A stretch of DNA of 63,308 bases, the filler included, from Choristocarpus tenellus KU-1152 (taxonomy: Eukaryota > Protista > Phaeophyceae): assembly GCA_964200185.2 (NCBI GenBank). It is 12 parts of 12 records of this genome, joined end to end, with 100 filler letters (N's around TTAATTAATTAA, not from the genome) between each part and the next. Parts side by side here need not be neighbours in the genome. Positions count along the whole stretch, not along the records: positions 1 to 8,029 come from CAXNAD020005253.1; positions 8,130 to 11,471 come from CAXNAD020020681.1; positions 11,572 to 21,269 come from CAXNAD020003467.1; 9 more parts are not named here. One strand, written 5' to 3'. A program made the position numbers and the translations under genes. Positions 1 through 12,776 of the stretch are shown piece by piece; the first letter of the stretch is position 1, and each line of letters opens with the position of its first letter. The notes beneath the pieces were generated by a model, which worked only from the letters and a program-made list of their open reading frames with translations, searched no databases and was not told the origin of the DNA.

Positions 1-19
1 CCCCCAGATACTTTGACCC
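1..19 (-). mobile_element. Family C TIR end (GGGTCAAAGTATCT + poly-G)
   Basis: CCCCCAGATACTTTGACCC at the window start. The same motif occurs at five other contig ends. Confidence 0.65.
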
Positions 20-173
20 GAAGCACCTGACATACTGAACTTTCCAGCCACACACACACCATCAAGGTATATTCAGAGTTGTACAGTACTGTTAAGTGCT
101 ATGATTGAAAATTACTTGCCTTGGGTACATGACCCATGATACTCTCTCCCCTGCTATTTGATATTGATTGCAG

Positions 174-3100
174 TTGGTGTATCTATTTGAAAAATATGAT
201 GTGGACGGCAGCGGCGAGCTGGAAAGGAATGAAATCCGCAATATCATGCTCAAGAGTGAGGTAAGAGCAATGATTGAGGTTTCAGACTGTGGGTGGACAG
301 CAAAACATGCCAAAAGATTCCATAGCACAATCGACACAGCACTGTGGGGCAAAAAATCCTCAGAGACAGAACGAATCGCTCAGTGGTTGATTGTACTCAA
401 TACACTCCCAAACATGTTCAACCTCTGTGTGTGTATTGATATACCTTTTTGGTGTGTGTATTGGTATACCTTTTTGGAGTGCGTAATTTCTTACCTTGAG
501 TAGTTAACACATTTTACACGAGAAGGATAGCCTGTGGTAGTACATCACAATACAATCACAACTAACTCAATTCGCCATGGTGTAAAAATTCTCGTGATTT
601 TCTTTTTCTGTGTATGTACGTAACAAACACTTCCACAGATGTACAATGGGGAGGAATCGGCCCAAAAACTTTTGGACAAGATGGACGAGGACAAGAGTGG
701 ATTGATCAACTTCGAAGAGTTCTGCGCTTTCTTTGCACGAATCAGGTGGCTGGGTTTCACACATGTCCTTGAGGGCTTCAAAGCGTTCCAAAAATAATCA
801 AACAACAACAGCAGCAGGCTATAAGATTCTCCCATGTTGGCATTTTAGCAATATTTACCTCGAAGCATATATATATATAGATAGATAGATAGATAAGAGA
901 GAGGATACATGTCAGCCAGGACCAAGCCCTATGAAAACTCTGAAAAGTGTTTGCATTGCAACGCAGGGGGGAAGACAGGAGTATTCAGGAATATAAGACT
1001 GTTGGAGAACAATTAAAGTCGACACCTGCAACACTTTTGGAGGAACAATGTGCAAATCGAGGTATCAAGGTGAATACCTAAGATCTAACAATATTTCCTC
1101 AACAATCAGGGTCTTTGCCGTACACAGAGACTAGAGTCAATGTAAACAAGAGTTACCCAGGTTTGCACTGTAAAGGATGCTGACAAACAGGCACAAAATC
1201 CGACTTCTTTCAATAAATGTTTGTGTACAGGATATTTTCTGAATTGTGTTGAGAAGAACTTCAAACAAGAGAGAAATAAACTCTCTCAAATCAAACCTAA
1301 AAACCTCATCCGTACAGAGATATGGGTGAATTGCAAAAGATTGCAAAACAGAATTAGAACTAAAAATGGCCAAAACCTAGCGCTATTTCTTATTTACTTC
1401 CGCTCACCAGCTTGTTTACATTGAAGATGCAACGAAGTTATCTCGAAATACTCAAAAAAACTCTAGATTATTTTGCTGGGCATCGCGTAGGCTAATTGGG
1501 CATGACTGTGACAGAAAAGACATAAGAAAGGTCGAATGGAGACCAAGCTTGAATCAATAGATGGACAGCAACCACTCTCATTGGTCAACCCTGCTTGCTA
1601 CTCTCTGAGCAATCATCGTGACAAAACAAAAATCACAATGAGCACAACTCAGAAAATATTGTCACCCCCTCTCAAAAAAGGTGAAGGACGAAAAAGAAAT
1701 ATAAAGTATTTGATGGAGGCAGTCACTCCTAACAAACTATCCGCACATAAACGTTCGCTGCAAACGCCTCCACATATTGTGAAGGTCTCATACGCCATGG
1801 TGGAGGAGCGCCAAGCTACAGCAAGCACTCCGTACAAGCTGTATGTCATGGAGGTTAGTAACACCACATCCGATGCAGGTCTCAAACTTCGCCTGTCTAT
1901 TGAAGGGACAGGCTCCCTCCTGTAATTTTCCCATGCATTAACCACGTACCTCATCCCATACAAATGAAAGTATCTTAGGGTTAGGGTACAAGCTTTGCCC
2001 TGTTTGTCCGTTTGGGGCTTGACTTCCCACATGATTTTTTTATGACGTAATCCTACTCCAAACTGTTTCGGAGTAGGTAAAAGGTATACCTTATGAAAAG
2101 GTGTGTCCGAAACATAGATATTGACACTTCCTAACAAACACAATAGCCAAAACTAGATCAAAATCGGAACATTGTATTTTGGCCCCCAAATGGATGCGAC
2201 TCTACCCTCTAAGATACTTCGGCTCATACATAATAGGCAGGCTTGTGCTTCCCATGGAATGCTACATAAAATCTCAACCATTCAAGACTATGCTCCTCGA
2301 GTTGTTCAACCACTTGTCGAGGATGTTTTGCTATTGGAAGGACCAAGCATAGCTTTGGAGAGTGTAGAGCGCAGATGTGCATGGTCTGATGGTCATTTTG
2401 ACCAGAACCTGGAATCCAATGCCAATCCCTCCCCTCGCTGCAATCATGCTTCAACCTTGTGCCTTGCCACATCTGTCCATCTACCCTGATCTTGATGAAA
2501 AAACCTTCAGACGACATCTACGAGTGTAAGTATCTTAGAGGGTACGAGTTTTGCCCTGTTTGGTCATTTGGGGCTTGGCTTCCCATGGGGTTTTTATGAT
2601 ATTTTGCCTACTCCAAAATGTTTCAGAGTAGGTAATATGTATATGTTATGAAATGGTGTGTCCGGAACAAGGATACTGACACTTCCTAACAAATACGACA
2701 GAAAAATTACATGGAAATCGCAACATTGGATTTTGGCCACCAAATGGACGCGGCCCTACCCCCTAAGATAGTTTGACTCCTACTTGTGTTTCTCACCCCC
2801 TTGATTATTACACAATCTAGACCCACTTCTAACGACGCAATGTCCTGGTCTGTGCTTCCCATCAGGCCCACTGTGTCCTATGCATAGACTCTCAAACCTT
2901 TGAGAGCCGTGCCAAATATTTTTCTTACGTCTGCAACAGCCCAACAATAAACAGCTGGACTGGCTCTCACCCCGAAAGCCAACCCCAACACGGAGTTTAC
3001 CCCCACTTCCTTCAGCATCTATCCAAAACCTGTGCTTTGGCTGTCCCCTGTGTTGAAAAGGTTCGCCTTGATGTCGTGTGTAATGGAGCCAGTGAAAAAG

Positions 3101-6100
3101 GAACCCATGCATGGACCGGCCGCAAGCGCTTTCAGGGCATTGGCAGGTCAACCCGGGAAGCTCGAATGAAGGCTGCTAAGAGGGCGCATACCAGCCTTAA
3201 GCAGATGATGCCAGGTGTCAAAATGCCCGCGGGAGTGATCCCCTGTGAGTGGATGAGGTGAGCTGCGAGCTCAAATGCATAGGAAGATACACTGTGGTAT
3301 TTTCTTCTGATCTCACCGTAACCCTAACGGATGATCTGTTCGTTCGAGGTTTTGTCCCCTAAGAGCCCCCAATAATGTCTTTTGTGTACGAGTAAGGAAG
3401 GATTTTTTTTTTGTTAAAGAAGAGGAGAGAGCCAGTCCCCTCAATATCATTCACAGAGAGCTGGAGGTTTCTTGCTTGACACCTTGAACCCTTTGTTCAA
3501 CATCCATCATTTACCAGCGCCACTTTCCTGTGTACTGAGTTACTTCCCTTTGAACATAGCGCCCAAGTCTTGAGACATCCCTGTACCACCGGGACCATGC
3601 CAGTTGCGACTGACTGTTCCTGTCTTACATTAGTGTTATCACATTCAGTAAAACCAGAGGACGGGGTGCTCCCTGGGGATTGTCTGTACACCATACCCCA
3701 CCAGTCGAGCTCCCCATGCAACCAACCCTGCGTCTCAATCTTGGCATTTTTTCCATTTGACCAGTTTCATATGGGCATAGTATATATATATATCCTTCTG
3801 AAAACTTACACCCTGGAAGGGGGAAGGTGAGAATTCACCCTGTAAAGATTCGAACCCATGACCCACGACACAATTCATTCTTGTGAGAAATGCAGATGTT
3901 TATCACCTGGGCAGTGATAGTCGGGGCATTTCAATATTCAACCAATAGTGCCGAATCACATATTATTATTAATAGGAGTTGCCTTGAATCGGCAGCAATG
4001 ATCCACCCCCCCTACTTCTCTTGAACTGGGGTGCCGCCTCTCTGGGGGATCGGGAGGCGCTCTTCCACACTCTTAACAACAAAGCTTGTGTTAAGACAGA
4101 AGAGCTGGCAGGTCATAAGGGAGTGAGTACCCCAACCGTTTCGTTTCATCACGGGCAGTGTGTCTTCTTACTTGGTGTGCAATATATCACAGAGAGATGA
4201 AGAAGTTAAACATTATCGCATGAGAGCCAAGTAGTCTCCAGGCTTCCAATTCTTTGTCAAGCAATGAGCTCTATTACCCCACACTTAGCTCATGTTGCCT
4301 ATGCAGTACACGGTACAAGCATGACTCCCCATGCTCATGACGCCTCCCCCAACTAATCTCCATTACATGCAAAAACACTTTGGAACCCTTGGGGATGCAA
4401 GTAGTGGATTGTCTAGAACGACCAGCTTTGAACTCCCTTCCCAAGCTAGACCCAGTCCCCCCCAGATATGATGCCCCCACAACAAATATTCCCCTCAGAC
4501 TTCACCTATAATCAATAAAGCTGTAAAGTGTGGAACAACGAATATTCCAAAACTCTCTCCACTACCTCCAACAATAAATTGTAAGTCAATGATAGTCAAC
4601 AGCTAGGGACTCTATAAAAGGAAACTGTGGCAGGAAGTAAAATCCGTCACCACATTCGTCTGTTTTGACATAGTTCTTGCCACTTGACCCCATCAATCAC
4701 CGTACACTACTACTGTTATTATTGTTGTTGTTATCATCACCATTACTACATACACAGGTAAAGTAATAATAGCCAATATACTGTATCAGAGATCATTCTC
4801 ACACCCCTTTTGCCCAAATGCTGGCCTATGATGGCTAGGTGGATCAAAGAGAACCATAAGCGAGGGGTTGGACTCCACCATCTCTTGGCACAGTTATGCT
4901 CAAAAGGGTTTTTCCCAGCAAAAAATGCTGAAGTGATGCAGTGGGCTATTGCTACATCCAGTCTAGACAGGTAACAGCTCTTCAGAGCAAACCTCACAAC
5001 TATAGTGCTGCTGATAATGCCATCAATAAATCGAACATCAACAGTGGCCTCAACACACTCCAACCTATCTTTCTGCTCTTAGGTAAGTAGAGTTTGAACT
5101 CCTGCAGGACATCCTGACCTGCATAGTCATTTGATTCGTAATATCCTAGAGGGGGGTGCTGTTGAGTGCAATGGGTCATTATGTGTCCCTTCTGGCACTT
5201 GCACTTCTACCTCTCCAGGGGGCAATTTTGCACTTGGATGGATGAATACGTTCTCCTCTTCTATAGCCACAGGCTCCTAAGGGAGGGTAGTTGAATTAGA
5301 ACGTGGGAATGAAGGTGTCAGGAAGAACACTTGTAAGCCCCTCATACCCTAAAGGGCTTAAATCGACCCATCAGTAGGATACCATGGCTTGTTTCAATAG
5401 CTCTTAGAGTCACAGCCTCCAAATCCCATGTCCGCTATCAATCAAGTTTTGAACATTCCAACAATTGATATGTTGGTGGGGAGATACTGGGGGAACGCAT
5501 GTTTGAATGTTTGCAATGGAACCTGAAGTTCCTGGATCGTGCTTGCCATTCTTTAGTTCAAGAGTTAGGTTTTAGTTTAGATGATAGCCTTGCACTTTGC
5601 AAACAGTCCGTGTTGCCTTACCTCTCAACAACTTCGACTCCCGATGGTCGTGCATCCTGACTCCTCAACCCTCAAAGGCTAATAGAAGACAGTCCTGAGG
5701 TAGAACCAACTGTGGAAGGGGGTCACGTGCTAGGTCCAGAGTGGAGTGTTTGGGCCGATCACTGCCTAAGGTGTGTCATGATGCAAAGCCTCTTCGTATT
5801 GCTATTGTAAGTGGGGATGCAGGACAAGGTATGGAAGTACATTATACATTTTCCTATTGCTTTGTTGAGTACAATATACATTTCACTTGCCTCAGATTTT
5901 CAAGCAACCTTAGCTATCAATACTATGTTTCATCTCTCCACCTGTTGATATAGGATTGGTTTGGACGGGGCAGTGCTCCTCGAGGTGTTACAGGACAGAG
6001 GCTTGGATGCTAAACTCCTAGGTGTAACTGCCCAGCGTTTGAGGAGGAGCGAAGGAGGGGCAGGGGCAAGCCCAACATACCCTCGACTGCTGGACTTTTG

Positions 6101-6104
6101 GCAG
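174..6104 (+). CDS. Partial spliced gene: EF-hand pair followed by a dsRNA-binding-motif-like domain
   Basis: Predicted AG/GT-bounded exons 174-260 (LFEKYDVDGSGELERNE), 639-745 (LLDKMDEDKSGLINFEEF), 2940-3257 (YPHFLQHLSK...RFQGIGRSTREARMKAAKRAHTSL) and 5954-6104 (IGLDGAVLLEVLQDRG...LDFWQ). Phases 0/2/2 join in one open frame. There are two canonical 12-residue EF loops. Start and stop are not seen. Confidence 0.75.
1134..1405 (+). mobile_element. MITE family B copy (Sola2-like, non-autonomous)
   Basis: GAGTCAATGTAAAC...TTTACTTCCGCTC imperfect TIRs with flanks ACTA/ACCA. Internal AAGGATGCTGACAA and CCAAAACCT motifs are shared with copies at 12266, 26038 and 60806. Confidence 0.75.
1962..2225 (+). 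mobile_element. MITE family A copy
   Basis: TIR core AAAGTATCTTAG..GGGTA / TACCCTCTAAGATACTT, 4-bp TSD ATAC/ATAC, intronic. Confidence 0.9.
2522..2779 (+). mobile_element. MITE family A copy
   Basis: GAGTGTAAGTATCTTAGAGGGTA...TAAGATAGTTTGACTC, TSD CTAC/CTAC. Confidence 0.92.
3835..3920 (-). repeat. Degenerate tRNA-derived (SINE-head-like) segment
   Basis: Minus strand has a B-box-like GGTTCGAATC about 60 nt after an A-box-like TGCCCAGGTGAT. No cloverleaf can be folded. Confidence 0.3.
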
Positions 6105-8029
6105 GTGAACCCACCATATGAGACAACAATGCCTCCATATTCTGCAGAAAGGCTAACCCTTCAACCCACACTTCGATCGTCCGGTTGACAATTGACTGTT
6201 GTCTTCCTTTAGTCAGGAGACTAGCCCAACCAGTGGCCAGAGGCACTACACACAACACTACTGTACTTCTTACTAGCTACAAACAAGACTGGCCTTGCAC
6301 TGCAACCAGCCAATAATAACGACCGATGCATGTCTTTGTTCTCACACATACTGGGTTCAGCCATCCCATTGCTTATCCCTCCACCTCCTTCCTCAAATCT
6401 TGTTGTCCAGTCTATCTATGGGACCATTCTTACAATGGTAGTTCCTAGGGGACCAAAATCCATAGTGCTTGCCACGTGAACAATGGGCCATCAAAATAGG
6501 GCATCATTAGGAGAAAACATGGCAACAAGCGGGTCCACTCCTTTGATAGAGCACTGCCCTATTTTGCGTGTACTTATTGATACTGTTTTCACTTTACCCT
6601 GGGCACTGTCCTATTCTGATGTAGGAGGCACTGTACACTGCACTGCTTAAAAGTACTACTAGTAGTGGTAGTAGTAGTAGTAGTAGTAGTAGTACCGTTA
6701 TTATATTATTACTATTAGTAATACTATTAGTATATTTTCCTGCTCTCATTTATATTCATAATGATCTGAGGGGTTGTAAGATCCATGGCCAGAAGGTTGT
6801 AAGAGCACAAGCACAATACTTCAGAAAATAAACCTACTACAGAGAGGTATGAAGAAAAAAATAGAAAAAAAGGAAAGAAAACGCACGGTGCCTGGGAGGG
6901 GCAGCCAAGAAAACCCAGGCACTATGCTTGAGCGCCAAACAGCTGGTATAAGATGGCACCAATGTCGCCAACATTGCTAGCCTGTATGGAAAAAAAAGGG
7001 TTAAAGAATAAGAAGCATTCAGTATCACACCCGGTCCGTCCAGTCCCAAAAACACTCGCCACATATCAAAAGAAGGAAAGAGGAATGCAAGAATATTCAG
7101 CTCAAAGGAAAGAAGTCAATGAGAAAAAGCAACAGACAATAGCCAATAGCGAGCATGCATGCGCCCTGATCTGCTTGAGCTGCCTTAGCTTCCATTCTAC
7201 GCATGAAGTCCGTCACCTATCTGCACTTCTCTAGCATGTCACTTATCCATCACCAAGCTCTTTGTTCCACCAACGACAAACGCCTACCACTCGTATTAGT
7301 TCGTTGCCCTTGTCCTCCATCCCTTGATGGTGATCCAAAACTTCTCAATGTCATCTTGTCAATACATCCACCAGTTTTCTCCTGTCCACCATGATCTCTC
7401 TTTCCATACACAAGTCCCCCAAACATCACCTTTGGGATGCACTCAGCACACCCTCCTGGTCCCACACAGTCAACACAATCTTGTGGAAACTCTGCAAGAT
7501 ACTCTTTTGTCCTCATTGAAACCAAGTTTCAGTAATTCGGATAGTAGACCATATGGTCCCATCACCTTCCTGTTGACCATGCATGGATTGCTTCTGTCAT
7601 TTCCACCGGTTTTGTTGTATCAGTGAGCTCTAGAAAAGTGAATTAAGGGGTTCAGCACTATGAGGGTTGAGGTTGACCGACCTGTCATCTAGGAATGCCT
7701 CAAAGTGTTGCCTCTTCTGTTCATTAATGAGTACTTGCTCTTTCAGTAACCCGTCAGACATGCCATCTATGTGTTGAGAGACACTGGTGAGAGTGAAAAC
7801 ATCTAAGAAGGGGGTCGACTTCGGCACTATTCAGTTTCAAGGATATTTTGGACCCTTTCCAATATACACCATGCCCATGCCTGAAATGCAGTTAAAACTC
7901 CCTTTGGGGGTGATGGCTGTAGAAGTGAAGACTATCTGTGAACACGCTGTCAGCCAAGAACGTCCCCCAGAGTGCTCAAGACACATGTATCACAAGGAAG
8001 CCATAGGTGCCTTAAAAACTCAGCAACAC

Positions 8030-8129
8030 NNNNNNNNNNNNNNNNNNNNNNNNNNNNNNNNNNNNNNNNNNNNTTAATTAATTAANNNNNNNNNNNNNNN
8101 NNNNNNNNNNNNNNNNNNNNNNNNNNNNN
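8030..8129. other. Artificial contig-joining linker (N44-TTAATTAATTAA-N44), first of 11
   Basis: Identical 100-nt linker with stops in all six frames at 8030-8129, 11472-11571, 21270-21369, 25570-25669, 29218-29317, 36977-37076, 39852-39951, 43016-43115, 47015-47114, 54898-54997 and 59980-60079. Separate 10-N gaps at 29920-29929 and 41957-41966. Confidence 0.99.
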
Positions 8130-8511
8130 AGATAGATGAATATAGTGTTTGTGGTGTGGGGGGGGGGGGGGGGGGGGGGGGGGGGGAACCCTTTCCATTT
8201 CAACGCTTTTTTGATGAAAAAGTACAGGCGTGTATCAAAACCCCCTCCTCCTGTTTTGCCAAAGAATTGAAAGATTGGGGAGGGGGGGGGATTTCTGAAC
8301 AATCAACGCACTTACGAACATCCCTTAGGTGAAAATATTCTCCGAGAAGGATAAACAGGCTGCAACTTTCCAGTCTCGTGTCAACCCCATACAAGCGTTA
8401 CAATGACATACCGTTTCCCACAGGTATAAGAGCACATCCGGACACTTCTGCTACAAACAACAAGCTCTCACGCCCTCACAGAGCCCCCAAGCACATAAAT
8501 CAAAATCTCAC

Positions 8512-11277
8512 AATGTAGGTAATGACGCAGTACCCCGCCGTGCTCTTCACAAACGTCTGCACAGCTGAGGCCCTGACTCCGTAAGGCCCCAAGGCATCCG
8601 GATTGTGATGCTTGAGAAAGCTGCAAACAGTAAACAGCACACACGGCAACGGCACCAACAGAGGGGACAGAGGAGCGAACCCCTGAGGATCTCCTATTAC
8701 AACAACGCCTCCACAAAAAAAGCACCCCGCTTGCTAAGAAACGACTCAGAAAAAAAAAAAAACTGGGATGCGTGCATTTCAATCATTCCGAATCTGCTTT
8801 GCTTCGTTACGCGCTTGCGTGGGGAGCAGGGTTGCGGAGGGTAGGAAGGCGTGAGCTGCGCGAGCGAGCAGATGTGGGAACTGCAGGGCAGTCACAAACT
8901 CACTCAAGAATGCTGCCGTTGTGGGTGGCGAGAACTCTCGAGACCGGTAGGGAGTCGGACACGAACTGCACCAAGCCGTCCTTGGGACCAGTCGCCAGGA
9001 TGGCGTAAGGGCGGAGCCTGTGTTTCAAGGAGAAGAAGTACTCAAAGCACGAGCGCCGCGCATGATGAGAGTGGGGGGCAGAGGCAACAGCACCACAAAC
9101 AGTCTTCAATTCTTTTTTTTTAAGAATGAAAAAAAAAGCGGCAACCGTGTTTTTGAAAATAGTTTAAAATCTTCAACACTCAGGTTCCCCCTCCCAAGAG
9201 AGCGGCGCTCTCTGAGTCAAACCTCACAAGTTTAATCTCATGAGTAGCGTTCTCTTAGGAGGGGAGGCGCACTTTTAAGTAACATCAAAATAAGCAATCT
9301 CAAGTACTTGGAATGAGAAAAGGGCAGCGGCTTGACAACTCCGTAAGCATGTTAAACAATAGAGCTAGCTCTAGGAGTTGAAAAGATCAGAGGATGCTAG
9401 TGGCTACAGGGGTTCAGTCCCCTCTTGACCTCGCCCCCTCTATTCTCTCCTTCGAGCACCCTCACACCTGAGATCCAGATTGACCCGCTTCAGAAGTGTA
9501 TCCATGAGGGATATCATCTGCATGATAAGTTGGTCTTGCCTCAGATCATCCCCACTCTTTATGATAACCTTAGGGGAGGGGGGAAGAAGTAGTGGGCACA
9601 CGTGAGCTTATCATCCACAATAGCAAAGTCAATCCAAAACAAAAAAAAAGAAACTGTCTCTTCGTTTGTACATCATACATGTACGTTTATCAAAAGGAGA
9701 CAACCTCAATTCATTGATAAACAACAGGATCTTCCGCAAGAATAAAATTCCACCCCATCTAAGACACCTGGCCTCAAGGTCCAACATATGAATTCATCCG
9801 CAGCCTATACAGAGTACATACTTACACACATACATACATGTATACATACATACAGTACGGAGTACAGTAGTCGATATCCACACACAAAGGATCACAGTGC
9901 AAAATATGTGTATCACCTTGTAAATGCCTTCCTTGATCTTGCCTTGCCCTAGCCACCCTGATCCTGACCCTGCCATCCCTCCTGGACCTGCCTGGGTCAC
10001 ATCTTTCCCCCCAAGCACACTACCCTCATCACCTCCCAGCGAGCTGCTCCTGATGGAACCACCGCTTCCACGTTGTCCATTCCCACCAGATACCTCATCA
10101 TTGTCCTCCCCACCGACCCCAGCCCCACCAAAGCCTACAATGGGCCTTGGTCCTTCTCTGGCCTTGACAGTAAATGACACCACGCAAGGGTACAGAGCAG
10201 ACCTGAACATGAACGCTGTGTCCGCCTCTAGGCCTGTGATCTGCACGAGAGAAAAAAAAACAAAAAAAATTAAAAACAAAAGCACAGCGTAAGACCAGAC
10301 CAGACCATACAAGGGTTGGGGGAGGAGGGGCAGCGAAATATGGCAATGCGCCCAGTGATTAATAAATGTAAGGGTGGTCAGGAGGAAGGGGCGGAGGACA
10401 AGTAGGTAGGGAGGGTTTGAGATGGTACCAGATAGCATTTCGCTTGTTTGTGGCAAGGGGTCCAAAAATGATATTATGCGATTGTCCATGTAGGACCTAT
10501 AACCTGTCTTGAAACAAATTGTTAAGTTGTAAAGATACGGTGTGATCCAGTAAGGTCAAGATATACTGTTTAGAGCCAATAAAACAATATATAAATATAT
10601 ATAACACCCACCTCCAAGCCACCTGATCTAGATAAAGATCCTTACCAGATCACTACTTGGCTTGGCTGGCCAAAGATGAGGACCTCGTTGTGCACAGTAA
10701 ACACAACCATCCTCGCCTCCACAAGTGCCACCAATGCCTACATCATTTTTCCAATACATTTCCTCAAGACTGGTGAACAAAACCTACTCCTTATATCTCA
10801 TTCATCTCATTGCCACGTGAACGTCCCACACACAACTCACTTCAAAGCTCACCATCCTCGCCTACCCCTACCCCTCCCCATCAAAACAGAAATGCCTCCA
10901 ATAGAAGCTCCTAAATCCTGTAACATGGCACAGAGCAGGACAAAAACAAGTATAGTATAACCTTGTCCACATCTTCTTATTTCTTTTTTAGCCTGCACCT
11001 GTGACATTTGCTGCATAGGAGGGAGGGGGAGAGGGGGGTGGGAGTGGCAAAATCTGCACTCAACCACCCCATCATTGTACCTGCATGGTAGGGTCCAGTG
11101 GCATCGGCACTTTTCCACCATCACCCCGGCCATGCCTGGGCACTCGTCGGATATTGGGCAGCTGCAGAAGCTCCCGCAGCTTCTCATCCTTCTGGAACTT
11201 ACGGCCCTTCTCAACACATGCCTGCTTGTGTGCCCACGAAACTGACTGGATGTATTTGTCCTGTGCAAGCAGCATCT
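8512..11277 (-). CDS. VPS34: Phosphatidylinositol 3-kinase class III (Vps34), partial, 5 exons
   Basis: Exons 11277-11081 (KLRELL...PMPLDP), 10240-9917 (ITGLE...FRSALYP), 9568-9468 ([14 protein letters not shown]), 9017-8904 ([10 protein letters not shown]...VQFV) and 8620-8512 (FLKHHNP...GPYGV...[14 protein letters not shown]). All are AG/GT bounded and in phase, and these are hallmark Vps34 kinase-domain motifs. Confidence 0.95.
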
Positions 11278-12265
11278 CTATAGGGGGCATGCATTGTGCA
11301 TACCACAACGAGAAGTGGGGTGGCATCACCATATGTCAGCCCGCAGACACAGTTTAGGGACTGGGGCAGGAGAGTGGAAAAACATTTATCGCTTGGGGGG
11401 AGGGGGGGGGGGGGGGGGGGGGGGGGAGGTAGAGTGGAGGGGGGGAAGAGGAGACTAGGGGAGGGAGGGACNNNNNNNNNNNNNNNNNNNNNNNNNNNNN
11501 NNNNNNNNNNNNNNNTTAATTAATTAANNNNNNNNNNNNNNNNNNNNNNNNNNNNNNNNNNNNNNNNNNNNGGGATGCTTCCTTAGCTCCCCCCCTCGGG
11601 GTACAGGAGTAGGTAGATGGGAAGATAAGGAAGACAGTAGTTCAATATTTGATAGTGATGAAGTAACTGATTAGTGGTTTCCACACTTACATTGTTTATA
11701 GTATTCTTATGTTTAGGATATTTTATTTCTTTAGGGCTAATATTATTCATGTATGGTCATCGGTAGAAGAAGTGACATATAATATATATATATTATATTA
11801 TATATATAGTGGTTTTATTTATACACAGTTCTAATAATGTAGTTCCCCTCTTCGTAAAATAGCAATCATGTCTTTGGATACAACACCCTCGCTGTCTTGA
11901 CATTCAAACTTTCATCCACCTTGATTGAATGTATCACATTTCCGGTGTCTGTTGCTACATAGTTGCAAAACTATGTTGGTACAGCTGTAAGCCGATAGGC
12001 GCTAACTCACTCAGTCACCACCCTCAGTAGTCCATGTGGACCTTGGGTCTAGGTAGGATCATACACTCATAAAATAGTTTAGACGTTAGCAGAGCAGGTG
12101 GTGAGAGGATGTTCGTCCAAACCATATGATTTTACCCTTCTTTCCTGGTACTCACAACGTTCCTTTGTTTTTATAGAGCACTTAAGACGAGGCTCTTCAA
12201 ATTTTGGTGTTGAGTGGTTCCGTTTCTCATTTTTTATGAATTGAGTGCGACAAATCCCCCCAACT

Positions 12266-12776
12266 GAGTCAAAGTAAACAAGAGGTAACTGTTAATGTAT
12301 ACCCCGCCTAATGTGTGGATAGAAGAGATAAATACCGGAATGTTACCAAATGTTGTAGAGAGATTAACCCCAAGCAGAGGGGGCGACTATACAACCTCAA
12401 AACACCATGTTTTATAGAGTCAATTCCTATTCATCCACTCCTACACAACAACAAATATGGGTATACCACCAACTAATAACTCTTGTATTCTGACTCTACA
12501 TACATGGTGATGTCAGATAGAGTTGGAGAAGTCTATTCGAACAGTAATCAGATTTGCATTTAAAGGATGCTGACGAAGATATGCAAGACTTAATACAAAC
12601 AAGTACAGGATATTTTCTGAATTGTATCGAAAAGGTTACAAGCAACACAGAAATTAACACTCTCAAGTCAGACTTAGAACTTCATCCATAGAAGTATGAG
12701 TGAATTACAGAAGATATAACAGCAGACTTGAACGCAAAACGCCCAAAACCTGTGTAGCTCTAGTTCGCTTTGGGTC
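12266..12776 (+). mobile_element. MITE family B copy interrupted by a solo LTR
   Basis: GAGTCAAAGTAAACAAGAG start, family-B body resumes at about 12549 and ends CGCTTTGGGTC. Confidence 0.75.
12290..12543. mobile_element. Solo LTR (254 bp)
   Basis: TGTT...AACA termini, 5-bp TSD GTAAC/GTAAT. The end GATAGAGTTGG..AGTCTA.TCGAACA recurs at 54998-55026. Confidence 0.7.
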
